Below are positions 36,961 to 49,701 of a stretch of DNA of 64,000 nucleotides, piece after piece. The notes beneath the pieces were generated by a model. The model worked only from the letters and a program-made list of their open reading frames with translations. It did no database searches and was not told the origin of the DNA. The first letter of the stretch is position 1; every line of letters begins with the position of its first letter. Source of the DNA: Malacoraja senta (Eukaryota); assembly GCA_038087875.1 (NCBI GenBank), contig CM076000.1, positions 1,426,001 through 1,490,000 on the forward strand, in the 5' to 3' direction. The position numbers and the translations under genes were made by a program.

Positions 36961-38635
36961 CCCAACAAATGTCACAGTCCTTAGTGCAACCACAAAAAGT
37001 CCACAGAGCCTGATGTTGTTAGGAAGAAGCTATAGTTGAACCTGAAAGGTATTGGGAAGAAATTATTCTTGAACCTAAGATAGACACAAAAAGTTAGAGT
37101 AACTCAGTGGGTCAGGCAGCATCTCTGGAGATAAAGAATAGGTGATGTTTCGGGTCAGAACCCTTCGTCAGGAACCAGCATCTGCAGTTCCTTCTTACAC
37201 ATTATTCTTGAACCTGGTGGTCATGGCTTTCCTCTACCTTGTTCCTGATGGTAAGAGTGAAATGAGAACATGGCCATGGTGGCGTGTGTTCTTGAGGATG
37301 CTGGCTGCCTATTCAAAGCAGTGCGTTCTCCCTGTGTCCACATGGGTTTCCTCTAGGTGATGTGCTGTTTTGTAGGATAATTGGCCTCTAAAATAGATTG
37401 TCCTTAATGCGTGGAGAGTGGTTGCAAAAGTAGGATAACGTGGAACTAGTGCAGAATAGGTGATCGGTGGTCAGCGTGGACTCGGTGGGCCAAAGTGAGA
37501 GAGTTCAAATGAACACCCTGCATTTCTGTAGGATATCCCACACATTTGTAACATTTTCTAAAGCCATTAGTGAACAACATTCCACGTGGACTTTACTTCC
37601 AGCCCACCCCTATTTCTCTGACATTACAGTGAGGAGCATAACGTTTTTTTTTAAACTCTCCAGTTAGCTCATGTCGTTCAGAACCTTAGATGCTGCATGC
37701 TATCTATCAAAAATATATTGATTAATTTATGAAATTTGACAATCTTGCATGACATAGAGATGCAAAGGCCTTCTAAGTTTTCCAATGTGTACAAGAACAG
37801 AAAATGCTGGAAATACTGAGCAAGTCATGCAGCTTTTAGAGAGATACAAGGAAATGCATATGCTGGAATCTTGAGCAAAACGAAGTGCTGGAGAAGTTCA
37901 GCGAGTCAGGCCGCCCGCGCGGCTATGGGGCCTCGGCGGCAGCTGGAGCCTTGATGGCAGTGGGGCCTCGCGATCGACCCGCGATTAGTGGTCGATGAGC
38001 GTGAGGGGGGAAGGGAAGACAATGGGGACCCGGCGTGGTGGGACTGCCGTGAAGAACAATGGAGTACCTGGTGTGGGGGGACCGCTGTGAGGGACAGTGG
38101 GACCTGGTGTGGCAGGGGGGGGGCCCTCTAGTTTTAGAATCCTCTGCCCAGAGGATAAGCCTTCGTTTGTTTGTTTATTTGTTCATTCCGGTTAAGGCGC
38201 TACGCACAAGGCTGCCAGGCAACAGTTGCATGTCTTTTTCTTTTTTGCACTTTTAATTTTAATTTCAAGTTTTCTTGTACCTTGTGTGTTGTGACTGTTG
38301 GAAGACCAATTTCCTCCGGGGAGGAATAAAGTTCTATCGTATCGTGTCGTAGCATATCTGGAGGGAATGCACAGACGACGTTTCTGGTCAGGACCTTTCT
38401 TCAGACTAGAAAGATTAAACAGATCTGGCATTTCGGGTCCATAATCTATCAGAACTGGAAAACAAGTCTGTTTTAATATGCAGTGAAAGGGAAGGGTGCA
38501 AAGAGAATGTCTGTGATAGGGCAGACACTGGTGACTATACCAGGAGAAATAAATGATAATAATTATAGACTTTTTGTGAATGAGTGTAAATAGAAGATGT
38601 GTTCAGGACAGAAGAAGTTTAAAAATGCATCCTAT

Positions 38636-41066
38636 TAATGTACTCACACAAATCTGAAGATCAAGAATTATCAATTATTTCGCTGGATGCTGAAAAAGCA
38701 TTTGATCAAGTAGAATGGAATTATATGGATAAAGTATTACAAAAATTTCAACTGGGAGAGAATTTTATTTTATGGATTAAGTTACTATATAACAAACCTA
38801 CAACTAGAATACTTACTAATAACATATTATCCTCGAAATTTCAACTATCAAGGGGAAATAGACAAGGATGCTCATTATCACCACAGCTGTTTGCTCTCAT
38901 TATTGAACCGCTAGCAGAAAAAATTAGAATACACCCTGATATTCATGGATATAATACTAAAGACTCATATAATAAAATATCTTTATACGCGGATGATATA
39001 TTATTGTATATTACAAAACCTCAAATCACTATACCAAATATATTAAATTTAATTGAAGACTTCGGATCTTTTTCTGGATATAGAATAAATTGGAATAAAA
39101 GTGAAATTATGTCAATAAAACCGAAAGATTCAACACATCTTTTAAAATTCCCTTTTAAAATAGCTACAGAAAAATTTAAATATTTGGGAATCGAAATTAC
39201 CAGAACATATCAAGGTATGTTCAGGGCAAATTTTGACCCCCTACTTAATAAACTGAATACATTAATTAAATTCTGGAAAACGCTCCCGATGTCTTTAATA
39301 GGCCGAATAAATGCAATAAAAATGATTTTTTTACCACAAATTTTATACCTATTTCAATCAATTCCTATATACTTACCTAAGAAGTTTTTTAAAAAACTCG
39401 ACTCAGATATCACTAATTTTATATGGGACTATAAATCACATAGAATACAAAAAACCCATCTGAATAAACCTAAAGTATTGGGGGGGTCTAGCACTACCTA
39501 ATTTTATGTATTATTATTGGTCAGTAAATATTAAAAACATGATTCAACTGATGGATAACTCCGCCCAGCAAGTAGACTGGATTGTAATGGAGAAAGAGGA
39601 TTGCTCCTCTAGAAACATTGGAGCGATCCTCCTCTCTCCAATGAAATTGAATAACATAAACTATAATAAGAACCCAATTATTCATAGTACAATCCGTATT
39701 TGGAAACAAATAAAACAAAATTTAAAATTAAGAAACTTATCACTTTTATTACCTATAGTCAATAACCCTTCGTTTAGTCCTTCTATTATAGATAAAGCTT
39801 ATACACAATGGGATAGACTAGGAATTAAAACGCTTGGTGACTTGTATGAAACTGGAAAATTACTTTCATTTCAACAATTACAAATAAAATATAAACTCGG
39901 AAATAATCAATATTTTAAATACTTTCAAATATGCGACTATTTGAAAAAATATACAAAAGATCATCATAATAACCCAGCAGATGTACTGGACGAGGCAATG
40001 CAGATAAAAGCGGAATCAGCAAACTTAATATCATATTTGTATAATATTATCTTAAATGCACAAATACCATCTACGGAGGGTATCAGAAGAGACTGGGAAC
40101 AAGAGTTAGCTATTAAAATTTCAAAGGAAAGTTGGAATGAATACTTATTAAACGTGCATAAATGCTCGATTAATGTAAGACACACTTTAATACAATTTAA
40201 AATTTTACATAGATTATATTATTCGAAAACTAAAATTCATAAAATTTTCCCAAACGTATCATCTATTTGTGATAAATGTCAATCCCAAGAAGCAACTATA
40301 GCGCACTCATTTGTCTTCTGTACAAAAATTCAAAAATTTTGGAATGAAATTTTTGAAATCTTTACAAAGTTATTTAAAACAAGACTGATACCCAAAGCAG
40401 AATGGATTATCTTCGGAATAACGGAAGATGATCCAGAACTAAATGTGTTTCAAAAGAAATTAATGGACTATGGGTTAATAACTGGAAAAAAGCTAATTCT
40501 AAAATTTTGGAAGAAGGCTCCAATACCAACTATAAATATGTGGATTTCAAATATGTTTGAAACATTACACCTAGAAGAGATAAGACTCCTCCTAGCAGGT
40601 AAACCAGATCACTTCCACCTGACGTGGTCTGCATTTATAGAATTATTACAAACATAGGGTGCAAAAGTACTTTAAAAAAAATAAAAAATTGAGGTCAGGT
40701 AAGGGGGGATGATAGTTGAAGAGTTGGTATGTCCTATTTACGTGATGCTCAAAAAAAAACATTTGTTTCTCTTTTTTTCTCTCTCTTTTCTTTTCTTAGG
40801 GCCTATTTCTTAACTCTTTTTCTTTTTGTTTTTAATTTCGCTCTTATAGGGTCTTCGTCCTTTTTTGTTGTTACATTTTCTACACTTTTCTACACTTGCA
40901 CTTTTTCCTTCACTTTCTTCTCTCTTTCAATCTTTTCTTTTTCTAGTGTAAAAAAATAAATAAAGGGAGTACATTAATTGTAAGAAGATATAAATGACGA
41001 GTATTAATGTATGTGGTTGTAATGTAATGTACTTCTAATAAATAAAAATTAAAAAAAAAAAAAAAA
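38636..41066 (+). mobile_element. 5'-truncated L1-clade LINE: ORF2 RT and Cys-rich C-terminus, 3'UTR, polyA and 15-bp TSD
   Basis: Encodes SLDAEKAFDQV, RGNRQGCSLSP, SLYADD and CDKC...HSFVFC. TSD AAAAATGCATCCTAT at 38621-38635 and 41067-41081; TT|AAAA target. Confidence 0.95.
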
Positions 41067-41749
41067 AAAAATGCATCCTATAATTGTAAAATGCAGCAGT
41101 CCACTTACAGGTATCTCAAAAAACAAACTGCTGGAGGAACTTAGCAGCTCAGGCAACATCTGAGGATGGTGTTTTGGGTCAGGACTCTCCTTTCGTTGAA
41201 GAAGGGTCCTGACCTGAAACATTGTGTGTTCATTTTGTCCATATATGCTGCCTGACCTGCCGAGTTCCTCCAGCAGTTTGTTTTTTGTTCAGGATTCCAG
41301 CATTTGCAGCCACTTGTGTCTCCAGCCCACTTACCTTGTTTCTTCCAATCTTCTAAGCAGGCAAAGCATTGCACTTGATGAGGGCTCTTCTGCATTGGAG
41401 ATACAAAATCCAAATTAGGTATATGCTTTGCAGAACATATACAGTTCTCAAGAGTGACCCTGGCTGTCTATCAACTGTCACTTTAATTCCCCATCCAGTT
41501 CTCTCTGTGATCTCAGTCCTACACTGTGCTGACAAAGCCCAATATAAACACAAAGTAAAAACACTTCTGTCGGGGCATGTTGCAGCCTTTGTGAGTCCAT
41601 GTTGAATTCACAATTTCAGATAAACTAGTCTGTGTTAGAACTAGCTAGTTCTGATGCAAGGTCATGCCTCAAATTCATTATCGTGATTATTCTCCCCACA
41701 GATGCTACATGATTTGCTAAAAATTTCCATCTTTATATCTATTCAGAGA

Positions 41750-42680
41750 CTCTGTGGCCAACCTAAATGACTTTGCCATTGCCATCACAGACTTCGTCAG
41801 TAGGTGTGCAGAGGAACAAGTGCCAAAGAAGCCAATGTGAGTGGTCCCCAACCCTGAGGTCCATTCCCAGGTGAAGTTCAAGTTGACCTTCTCAAAGCCA
41901 TCAAGTGTGCCTAGAGAGCATTCTGGACAAAGCTAGAATCCTGGGATAACTAATCAGACACCCATTCCAAAGCCAGCATGCTAGAACAGACCATAAAGTC
42001 AAGATGGGCAGTATCGATTGCAGTAATACATCCCTCCCCAACGAGCTTGGTGCATCTATGATCTCTTTGACTAAAAGGTTAGTAGAATGACGTCACCTGC
42101 TCTGACAGTCTTGGGTTCGCCTATACCCATAGTCATTGCAGATCTCCAATTGGCCTTCCTGAGAGTGAATCCACGGAAAGAAAGTGGTCCGACGGAGTCC
42201 CTGGCTGCGTCCTCGGGACAAGCTGGGAGGAGTGCTCACAGACATCTAACCTCTCCCTACTCCATTTTGAAGTTCCCATCTGCTTGGAGGTGACCCGTAT
42301 CAACCCTGTGTCAGAGAAAAGCAAGATAACGTGCTTTAATGTTTACCCCCCAATGACTGACATCTACCATCATGATGGGCTTTGTGAGGCAAGTCATGAT
42401 GCACATCAACTCCTGCCTCCCAGACAGCCTTGATCTACTGCAGTGTTCCTAACACCCAATAGGTCCACAGATTATGCCATCTCCCTGGCCCCACAGTTAT
42501 TGGAAACGTCTAAATTACTATGTCAGACTCCTGTTTATCTCTGCCTTCAACACCATAATCCCAGCAAAATTAGGTTTCAAACTCCTGGACCATGGAGTCA
42601 GCCTCCCCCTGCAATTGGATCCTCAACTACCCGACCGTAGATCATTATCGGTGAGGATAGATGACAAAACACTCACTCTG
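41750..42680 (+). mobile_element. Old Rex1/Babar-type LINE remnant
   Basis: Degenerate RVNPRK..GP, NRSTDYAISLA and [15 protein letters not shown]. Confidence 0.7.
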
Positions 42681-45345
42681 TCCTACCATTGGATCCCCCC
42701 CCCCCCCCCCCCCCCACTGTTCCCATCTGCCTAACTTGGTTTAATTTTAGTTTACTTTAGAGGTACTGCGCAGAAACAGGACGCCGACCAGCAATCCCCA
42801 AACACTAGCACTATCCCACAACACTAGGGGCAATTTATAATTTTTACCAAAACCAAATTAACCTACAAACCTGTATGTATTTGGAGTGCGAGAGGAAACC
42901 AGAGCACCCGGGGAAACCCCACGCAGTCACAGGGAGAAAGTACAAGCTCCATAACTGCATTAACTGCAGGCAGGATTGAACCCGGGTCTCTGATGTTGCA
43001 AGTATGCTGGTCTTGTACTTCACCTTCCTTTCCCATCACTTCCATCATCAATGGAGGTAAGGAGGAATTTCTTTAGCCAGAGGGTGGTGAAGCTGTGGAA
43101 TTCATTGCCACATACAGCTGTGGAGGCCATGCCATTGGCTATTTTTAAAGTGGAGATTAATAGGTTCTTGATTAGTGAGGGTGTCAAAGGTTATGGGGAG
43201 AAGGCAGGAGAATGGGGTTGAGAGGGAAAAATCGATCAGCCATGATTGAATAGCGGAGGAGTCTCGATGGACAGAATGGTAGTAATCCTTCATTTCTGTC
43301 TTGCCTAGATCGCAATGCACCTCTACATGATCAAAGGCAGCCAATAAACAACTTTAAAATATGAAAATAAACAAAAATAAGTTATCTGTTTTTTTTAAAC
43401 ACGGGTAACCCATCCTGTGGAGTCGTCGCTCGTAACACAGTGCAACCTTAATGACCGTACACACAATGGATCCAGCCCCTCAGCTCAGGATGAATGGGAA
43501 CCACCACTGAACCTAAGAGAATAAAGCTGCAAGGGAGGAGGTCAGATACATTGGTGTTCGATCCCTGAAATACTCATTCATCACAACAATATGCAAGTGA
43601 AGAAGTCAAAGTAGTACTCAACATCAGAGGGCAGAGTACGTTGGAACTCCTTCTGGCCCTTTATGTTGATGCGAAAATGGACAATGTAGTTTTCAATATT
43701 CACTATCTGTTTAGTTTAGAGATAGAGCATGAAAACAGGCCTTCTAGTCCATGCCGACCATTGGTCACGCATTCATACTAGATCTATGTTATCCCACTCT
43801 CTCATCCACACACTTACACAATTTACAGAAACCAATTAAACTACAAACACACGTCACTGGGATATGGCAGGAAACCAGAGCACTCGTAGGAAACCCCGTA
43901 TTTTTTCTCTGAACATGAATTTCTGTCGTTGCCCAGCAGCCACTTAATTAAATAGGCAATTCGTTGTTAATATTAAAATCAATGGGGAGTGGAACATATT
44001 TTGGGAGAATATCTCACATTAACTTACAACTTTTCTCCAACGTTGAATAAAAAATTGAGAAGGTACTTGATGGAGCACCTGTTGGTGTATTAGGAAACTA
44101 TCTACCAATAACTCAAATGTGGTCCCTCCTTGGGATCTGCAATTATACCTTGGTGCTTTCTAAAGTTCTACCATCTTTGACATCAATTCCCAGGTTCTGC
44201 AGATAAGATACAAAGCAATGTTTATGGTTGCCAACTCTTGCTGTTTTACCAACTCTTGCTGTTGGCCATCAAAGAAGGAAATCAGAAAAAATAATTTGAG
44301 GGTAATGAAGACACACATGGGAGTGAAACAATTAGATAATTCTTACAAAGGTATGCCACAAGGCAGATGTAAGAACATTTGATTTGTTTCTCTAACTTAT
44401 CAGCAACCAGAAGACATAGATTTAAAGTGAGAGGGGAAAGATTTCATAGGAACCTGAGAGACAACCTTTCTGTGTGGAAAATGTCCTTGGGTTTAAAAAA
44501 ATCACAGCGTGGTGGGTAAATGGAATTAACTGCCAGAGGAGGTAGTTGAGGCAGGTACAAACACAACACTTAAAGACATTTGAACAGATGTATGGACAGT
44601 AACGGTTTAGAGGGATATGGGCTAAATGTGGGCAGGTGGCACTAACAGATGGGCCATCTGGTAGAGATAGGCAAGTTGGGCCAAAGAGCCCATTTCCGTG
44701 CTGTATGACTCTGACTCTAATTTCTTTGGCAATTCCTTGGTATTTAGAATGACTTGCTTTAATTCTGAAGAGAAGAAGATGCCTGGTATACTTAGAAACA
44801 TAGAAAATAGGTGCAGGAGTAGGCCATTTGGCCCTTCGAGCCAGCACCGCCATTCAATATGATCATGGCTGATCATCCAAAATCAGTACCCCTTTCCAGA
44901 ATTTACCCCCTATCCCTTGATTCTCAGTCCTAAGCGCTAAATCTAACTCTTGAAAACATCCAGTGAATTGGCCTCCACTGCCTTCTGTGGCAGAGAATTC
45001 CACAGATTCACAACTCTCTGGGTGAATTCCACAGATTCACAACTCTCTGGGTGAAGAGGTGATACTCCCTCTGTCTCAACTCCAGAACATCCAGTTGTTG
45101 ACTATTCCCTGTTCAAGTAAGTTCATTCAAGAGTCAAGAGTTTTATTGTCAAATGCCCTAAAACAGAACAATTAATTTCTTATGTGCAGCTTCTTACTTA
45201 AATCAATTTTCTAGCTTTGTGAGTTCTAAAATTAAAATATTTAATTGTAATATTCTAATCTGTGGCAAACATAAAACAGTACCTCATTGGAACAGGCCCT
45301 TCCGCTCACATTGTTCTGAACATGATGCGAAAACCAGCGCTTATC

Positions 45346-47128
45346 AGATTCAGATTCAGATTCAGATTCAACTTTATTGTCATTGTGCAGTGTACAGTAC
45401 AGAGACAACGAAATGCAGTTAGCATCTCCCGAGAAGAGCGACATAAATATGAGCAGTAAATAAATAAATCTAATAAATCCTGGTGGGAGGAGTGTCCGGG
45501 GGGGGGGGGGTGTGATTGGCAGTCACCGAGGTACAGTGTTGAGTAGTGTAACCGCCGTAGGGAAGAAGCTGTTCCTGGACCTGCTGGTCCGGCAACGGAG
45601 AGACCTGTAGCGCCTCCCGGATGGTAGGAGGGTAAACAGTCTGTGGTTGGGGTGAGAGCAGTCCTTGGCGATGCTGAGAGCCCTTCGCAGACAACGCTTG
45701 CTTTGGACAGACTCAATGGTGGGGAGTGAAGAACCGGTGATGCGTTGGGCAATTTTCACCACCCTCTGCAGTGCTTTCCGGTCGGAGACAGAGCAGTTGC
45801 CATACCATACTGTGATGCAGTTGGTAAGGATGCTCTCGATGGTGCAGCGGTAGAAGTTCACCAGAATCCGAGGAGACAGATGGACCTTCTTTAGTCTCCT
45901 CAGGAAGAAGAGACGCTGGTGAGCCTTCTTGACCAGAGTTGAGGTATTGTTGGTCCAAGAGAGGTCATCGGAGATGTTGACCCCCAGGAACCTGAAGCTG
46001 GAAACACGTTCCACCTCCCTCCCGTTAATGTGGATGGGGGTGTGCATGCCGCCCCTAGACTTCCTGAAGTCTACAATGAGCTCCTTGGTCTTCTTGGAGT
46101 TAAGGGCCAGGTTGTTGTCAGCGCACCATGCTGCTAGGAGCTGGACCTCCTCCCTATAGGCCGACTCATCGTTGTTGCTGATGAGGCCAATCACCGTTGT
46201 ATCATCTGCATACTTGATGATGGTGTTAGTACCATGTACAGGTGTGCAGTCGTAGGTGAAGAGGGAGTAGAGGAGGGGGCTCAGCACACAGCCCTGTGGA
46301 ACGCCGGTGTTCAGGGTGAGGGTTGAAGAGGTGTGCTTGTCTAACCTAACAGACTGGGGTCTGTTGGTTAGAAAGTCCAGTATCCAGTTGCAGAGGGAGG
46401 GGTCGATGCCCAGGTCACCGAGTTTGGTGATCAGTTTAGAGGGTATGATGGTGTTGAATGCTGAGCTGTAATCGATGAACAGCATTCTTACGTAAGTGTC
46501 TCTGTTGTCGAGGTGGGAGAGGGCGGAGTGAAGTGCCGTTGAGATGGCATCCTCCGTACTCCTGTTCTTGCGGTAGGCAAACTGATAGGGATCCAACGTG
46601 GGGGGTAGGCAGCCTTTGAGGTGTGCCAGGACCAGCCTCTCGAAGCACTTGGCGATGATGGGAGTAAGTGCAACTGGGCGGAAGTCGTTGAGGCTTGCCG
46701 CAGTGGAGTGTTTTGGCACCGGCACGATGGAGGTGGATTTAAGGCACGTGGGCACAACTGCTTGGGCAAGTGACAGGTTGAAGATGTCAGTCCAGACGTC
46801 TGTCAGCTGCGCAGCACAGGCCCTGAGGACGCACCCGGGGATGCCGTCGGGGCCAGCAGCCTTACGTGCATTAGTCCTACTCAGTGCCACGTACACGTCG
46901 AAGGGGGTGAGTGAGAGGGGCTGGTGATCGGCAGGGAGCACCGCCTTGATGGCCAACTGCCGATTGTCCCTATCGAAACGGCCATAGAAGTGGTTGAGCT
47001 CCTCAAGGAAGGAGGCGTTACTGGATGTGGGGGTGGTGTTGGTGGGTCTAAAGTCCGTGATGGCCTGGATGCCTTGCCACATGCGTCGGGGGTCGGAGTT
47101 GTTGTTGAAGTGCTCCTCAATCCTGAGT
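45346..47128 (-). mobile_element. Young 5'-truncated Rex1/Babar LINE with uninterrupted RT ORF (45523-47082)
   Basis: 519-aa ORF with [20 protein letters not shown] and KYADD. (TGAATC)n tail; possible 5-bp TSD TTATC. Confidence 0.93.
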
Positions 47129-47497
47129 TTATCCCTCCATTCAATTTGTTTATTTTGTTTTACAGAAAATAAGGGGCATGTTTTTATTTTACTGTACTTG
47201 GATTAAATAATTGCGTGAGCATCAAACATTAGGGAAAATCAATTGGAGACTATTATATGCTCATTTTATCTCCAGTCATGTAATGACGAAAGATAAAACG
47301 AGGCAGGTTCTGTTGTACATTATTTGGAATATAACTCCAGGGACTGCATAATACAATTAGATTGCAGGTCTTCTGAGCATTTCTTCATACATGTGCGTAG
47401 TTGGCAAGATTCATAATCAGAACAGCGTTAGAAAATTACTCCCAAGTGTCAACACTTTATTTGATTCCAGAGGAGTTGCCAGTCATTTTTCACATTT

Positions 47498-47512
47498 CCA
47501 GCAGGTGGCACT
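47498..47512 (+). promoter_or_regulatory. CTCF core motif CCAGCAGGTGGCACT
   Basis: Matches the CTCF consensus CCASYAGRKGGCRS in non-repetitive sequence. Confidence 0.55.
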
Positions 47513-49701
47513 ATATTTCAATCTGTTCCTAATTAAATGTCTCTGATGTGCTGCAGCCAAATGTAATGTTCTTGACAGCTCCTTTTCTGAGATTGGCTAC
47601 TGATGCAAACCAGAAACCCATACTTCAGTCATTCCAGTTTGTGTTACATTTTACATTTAATGAGCAATACAATCATTGAATGTAATAAAGCAGACGTTTA
47701 TAATGCCATTTAATCTATTCGTCATTGTGTCAATTTCAAGGCACATCCTTTCAGAAGGAGCAACAAATATTAACAGGTACATCCCAGATCAAAACATTTA
47801 CATTATCCCAATTTGTGGCATTGCTATAACAAAGTAAGTGGCCAGTTAAATGAGATGGTCATTGATCAGTGATTTTGGTCACAATAAATTACTTTTAGTT
47901 TAGAGATACAGCATAGAAACAGGCTCTTCGGTCCACTGAGTACATGTTGACCACACTACTTCTTTGTGTACAAAGGAACTGCAGGTGCTGGTTTACACCG
48001 AAGATAGACACAAAATGTTAGAGTAACTCAGCGGGTCAGGCAGCCTCTCTAGAGAAAAGGAATAGATGACGTTTCGGGTGGAGACGTCTTCAGATGATGT
48101 CTGGTCAGTTTCACCTGCAAATTTTAGAGCTTAGAGATACAGCATGCAAACAAGCCCTTCGGCCCACCATGTCCACAACGACCACACTCGTTCTATGTCA
48201 GTCACTCCTTACACACTAGGGGCAAGGTATAGAGCGCAATTCACCTATAAACCTGCACGTCTTTGGGATGTGGGAGGCATTCGGAGGAAACCCACAAGAT
48301 CACATGGAGAACGTGCAAACTCCAAACGGAGAGAACATGTAAACTTCCAAAATATGTTTGTGATATTAGGATATCAAGTGTGCAGCTGCAATACAGGTAC
48401 AATGGGATCCATGGTTAAAAAGTTAAAGGTGATACAAAAATTGCCTTTATTTTAAGAGAAAACAGCTGCAAACAGGTGGACATATGTGCAAATATTCATT
48501 CAGAGGTAGTGCATTTGGGAGTGACTGGGAGTGGTACGTTCGTTCCCTCGTGTGTCAGATGATGTATAGCTCGCTGTTGGCTTCTCTCGTTGTCCAACAT
48601 GTTGACAGAATTGGTCGCCCGATGCGTCAGAGTGCATCGTGTCATCGTTTCCGGGGATCGCCACGAGGTGTGTCATGATCCCCACTGGGAGTGGTGAGAA
48701 ACTGCATAAGAGAGTAAATTATAAATGGTAGAAAAAAAACAAGTTCAGAGGAACAGGGACCTTGGAATGCAACTCCATATATTCCTGAAGATAGAAAATT
48801 ATGGTACGAATGCATTTATGGTACTTTCATTCATTAGCTGAAGTGTGGAATGCAGAGAGGCATGTGTCAAAGTGGAATCAACACAAAGTATGTTTTGTCA
48901 ACCAAGTGAATATTACAGAAACGTAAGAAAGATTTGTGTGATTGCACCATGTAGACTTTATCAATTATTAACCGGATTGACTGAGAAGATATTGATGATG
49001 TTTAATAGCATAGTGTTTTGTTGGTGCCAATACGCACATGTCATGTGGCGAGAAGACAAAATACATTAAATCCTCATTTTAATGTATTTGGGGGATGAAA
49101 TGGTATCCTGAAGATATATACAAAAAACTGGAGTAACTCAGCAGGACAAGCAGCATCTCTGGAGAGAAGGAATGGGTGATGTTTCGGGTCGAGACCCTTC
49201 TTCAGAACAGTCTGAAGAAGGGTTTCGACCTGCAATAACATTTAACTTTTTTGAGGTGACAGTACACTGTACCGATGCGTTCAGTCACAAATAAAACAGT
49301 GGATAGCGTAATTTTGTTATGTATTCAACCTCCATTAAAAATTCTACAGCTGGCTGTTTGGCTACAGAGTATTAAACACTTTTTGTTGATGTTACTGTTG
49401 GTGAACTACATGTAAATTTAAGTTCCAGCTCACTAACAGCAAAACCTGTGTACAGCCATATTCTGGCATATTATTTTCATATATTGAGCCACAAGTGCAG
49501 CTGAATAATGAAAATGCAGCCAAAACTAAGACTACGGGACCAAGTTTACAGTCTGGTACATCAGTCTAATTGATACTCCATTCATATGTACATTCCATTA
49601 TTACTTATGTTCAAATTACATTTTGATAGGAGTAATAATTAAGGTTCCAATGCGTGAAAATTATTAATTTTGATATGTATCAATATAATAACAATGAATC
49701 A

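Noticed and set aside
36961..36993. VTFVG peptide resembling the missing RADX segment LLVFVGR
   Set aside because: No flanking similarity or usable splice sites, and it abuts a Tc1 end.
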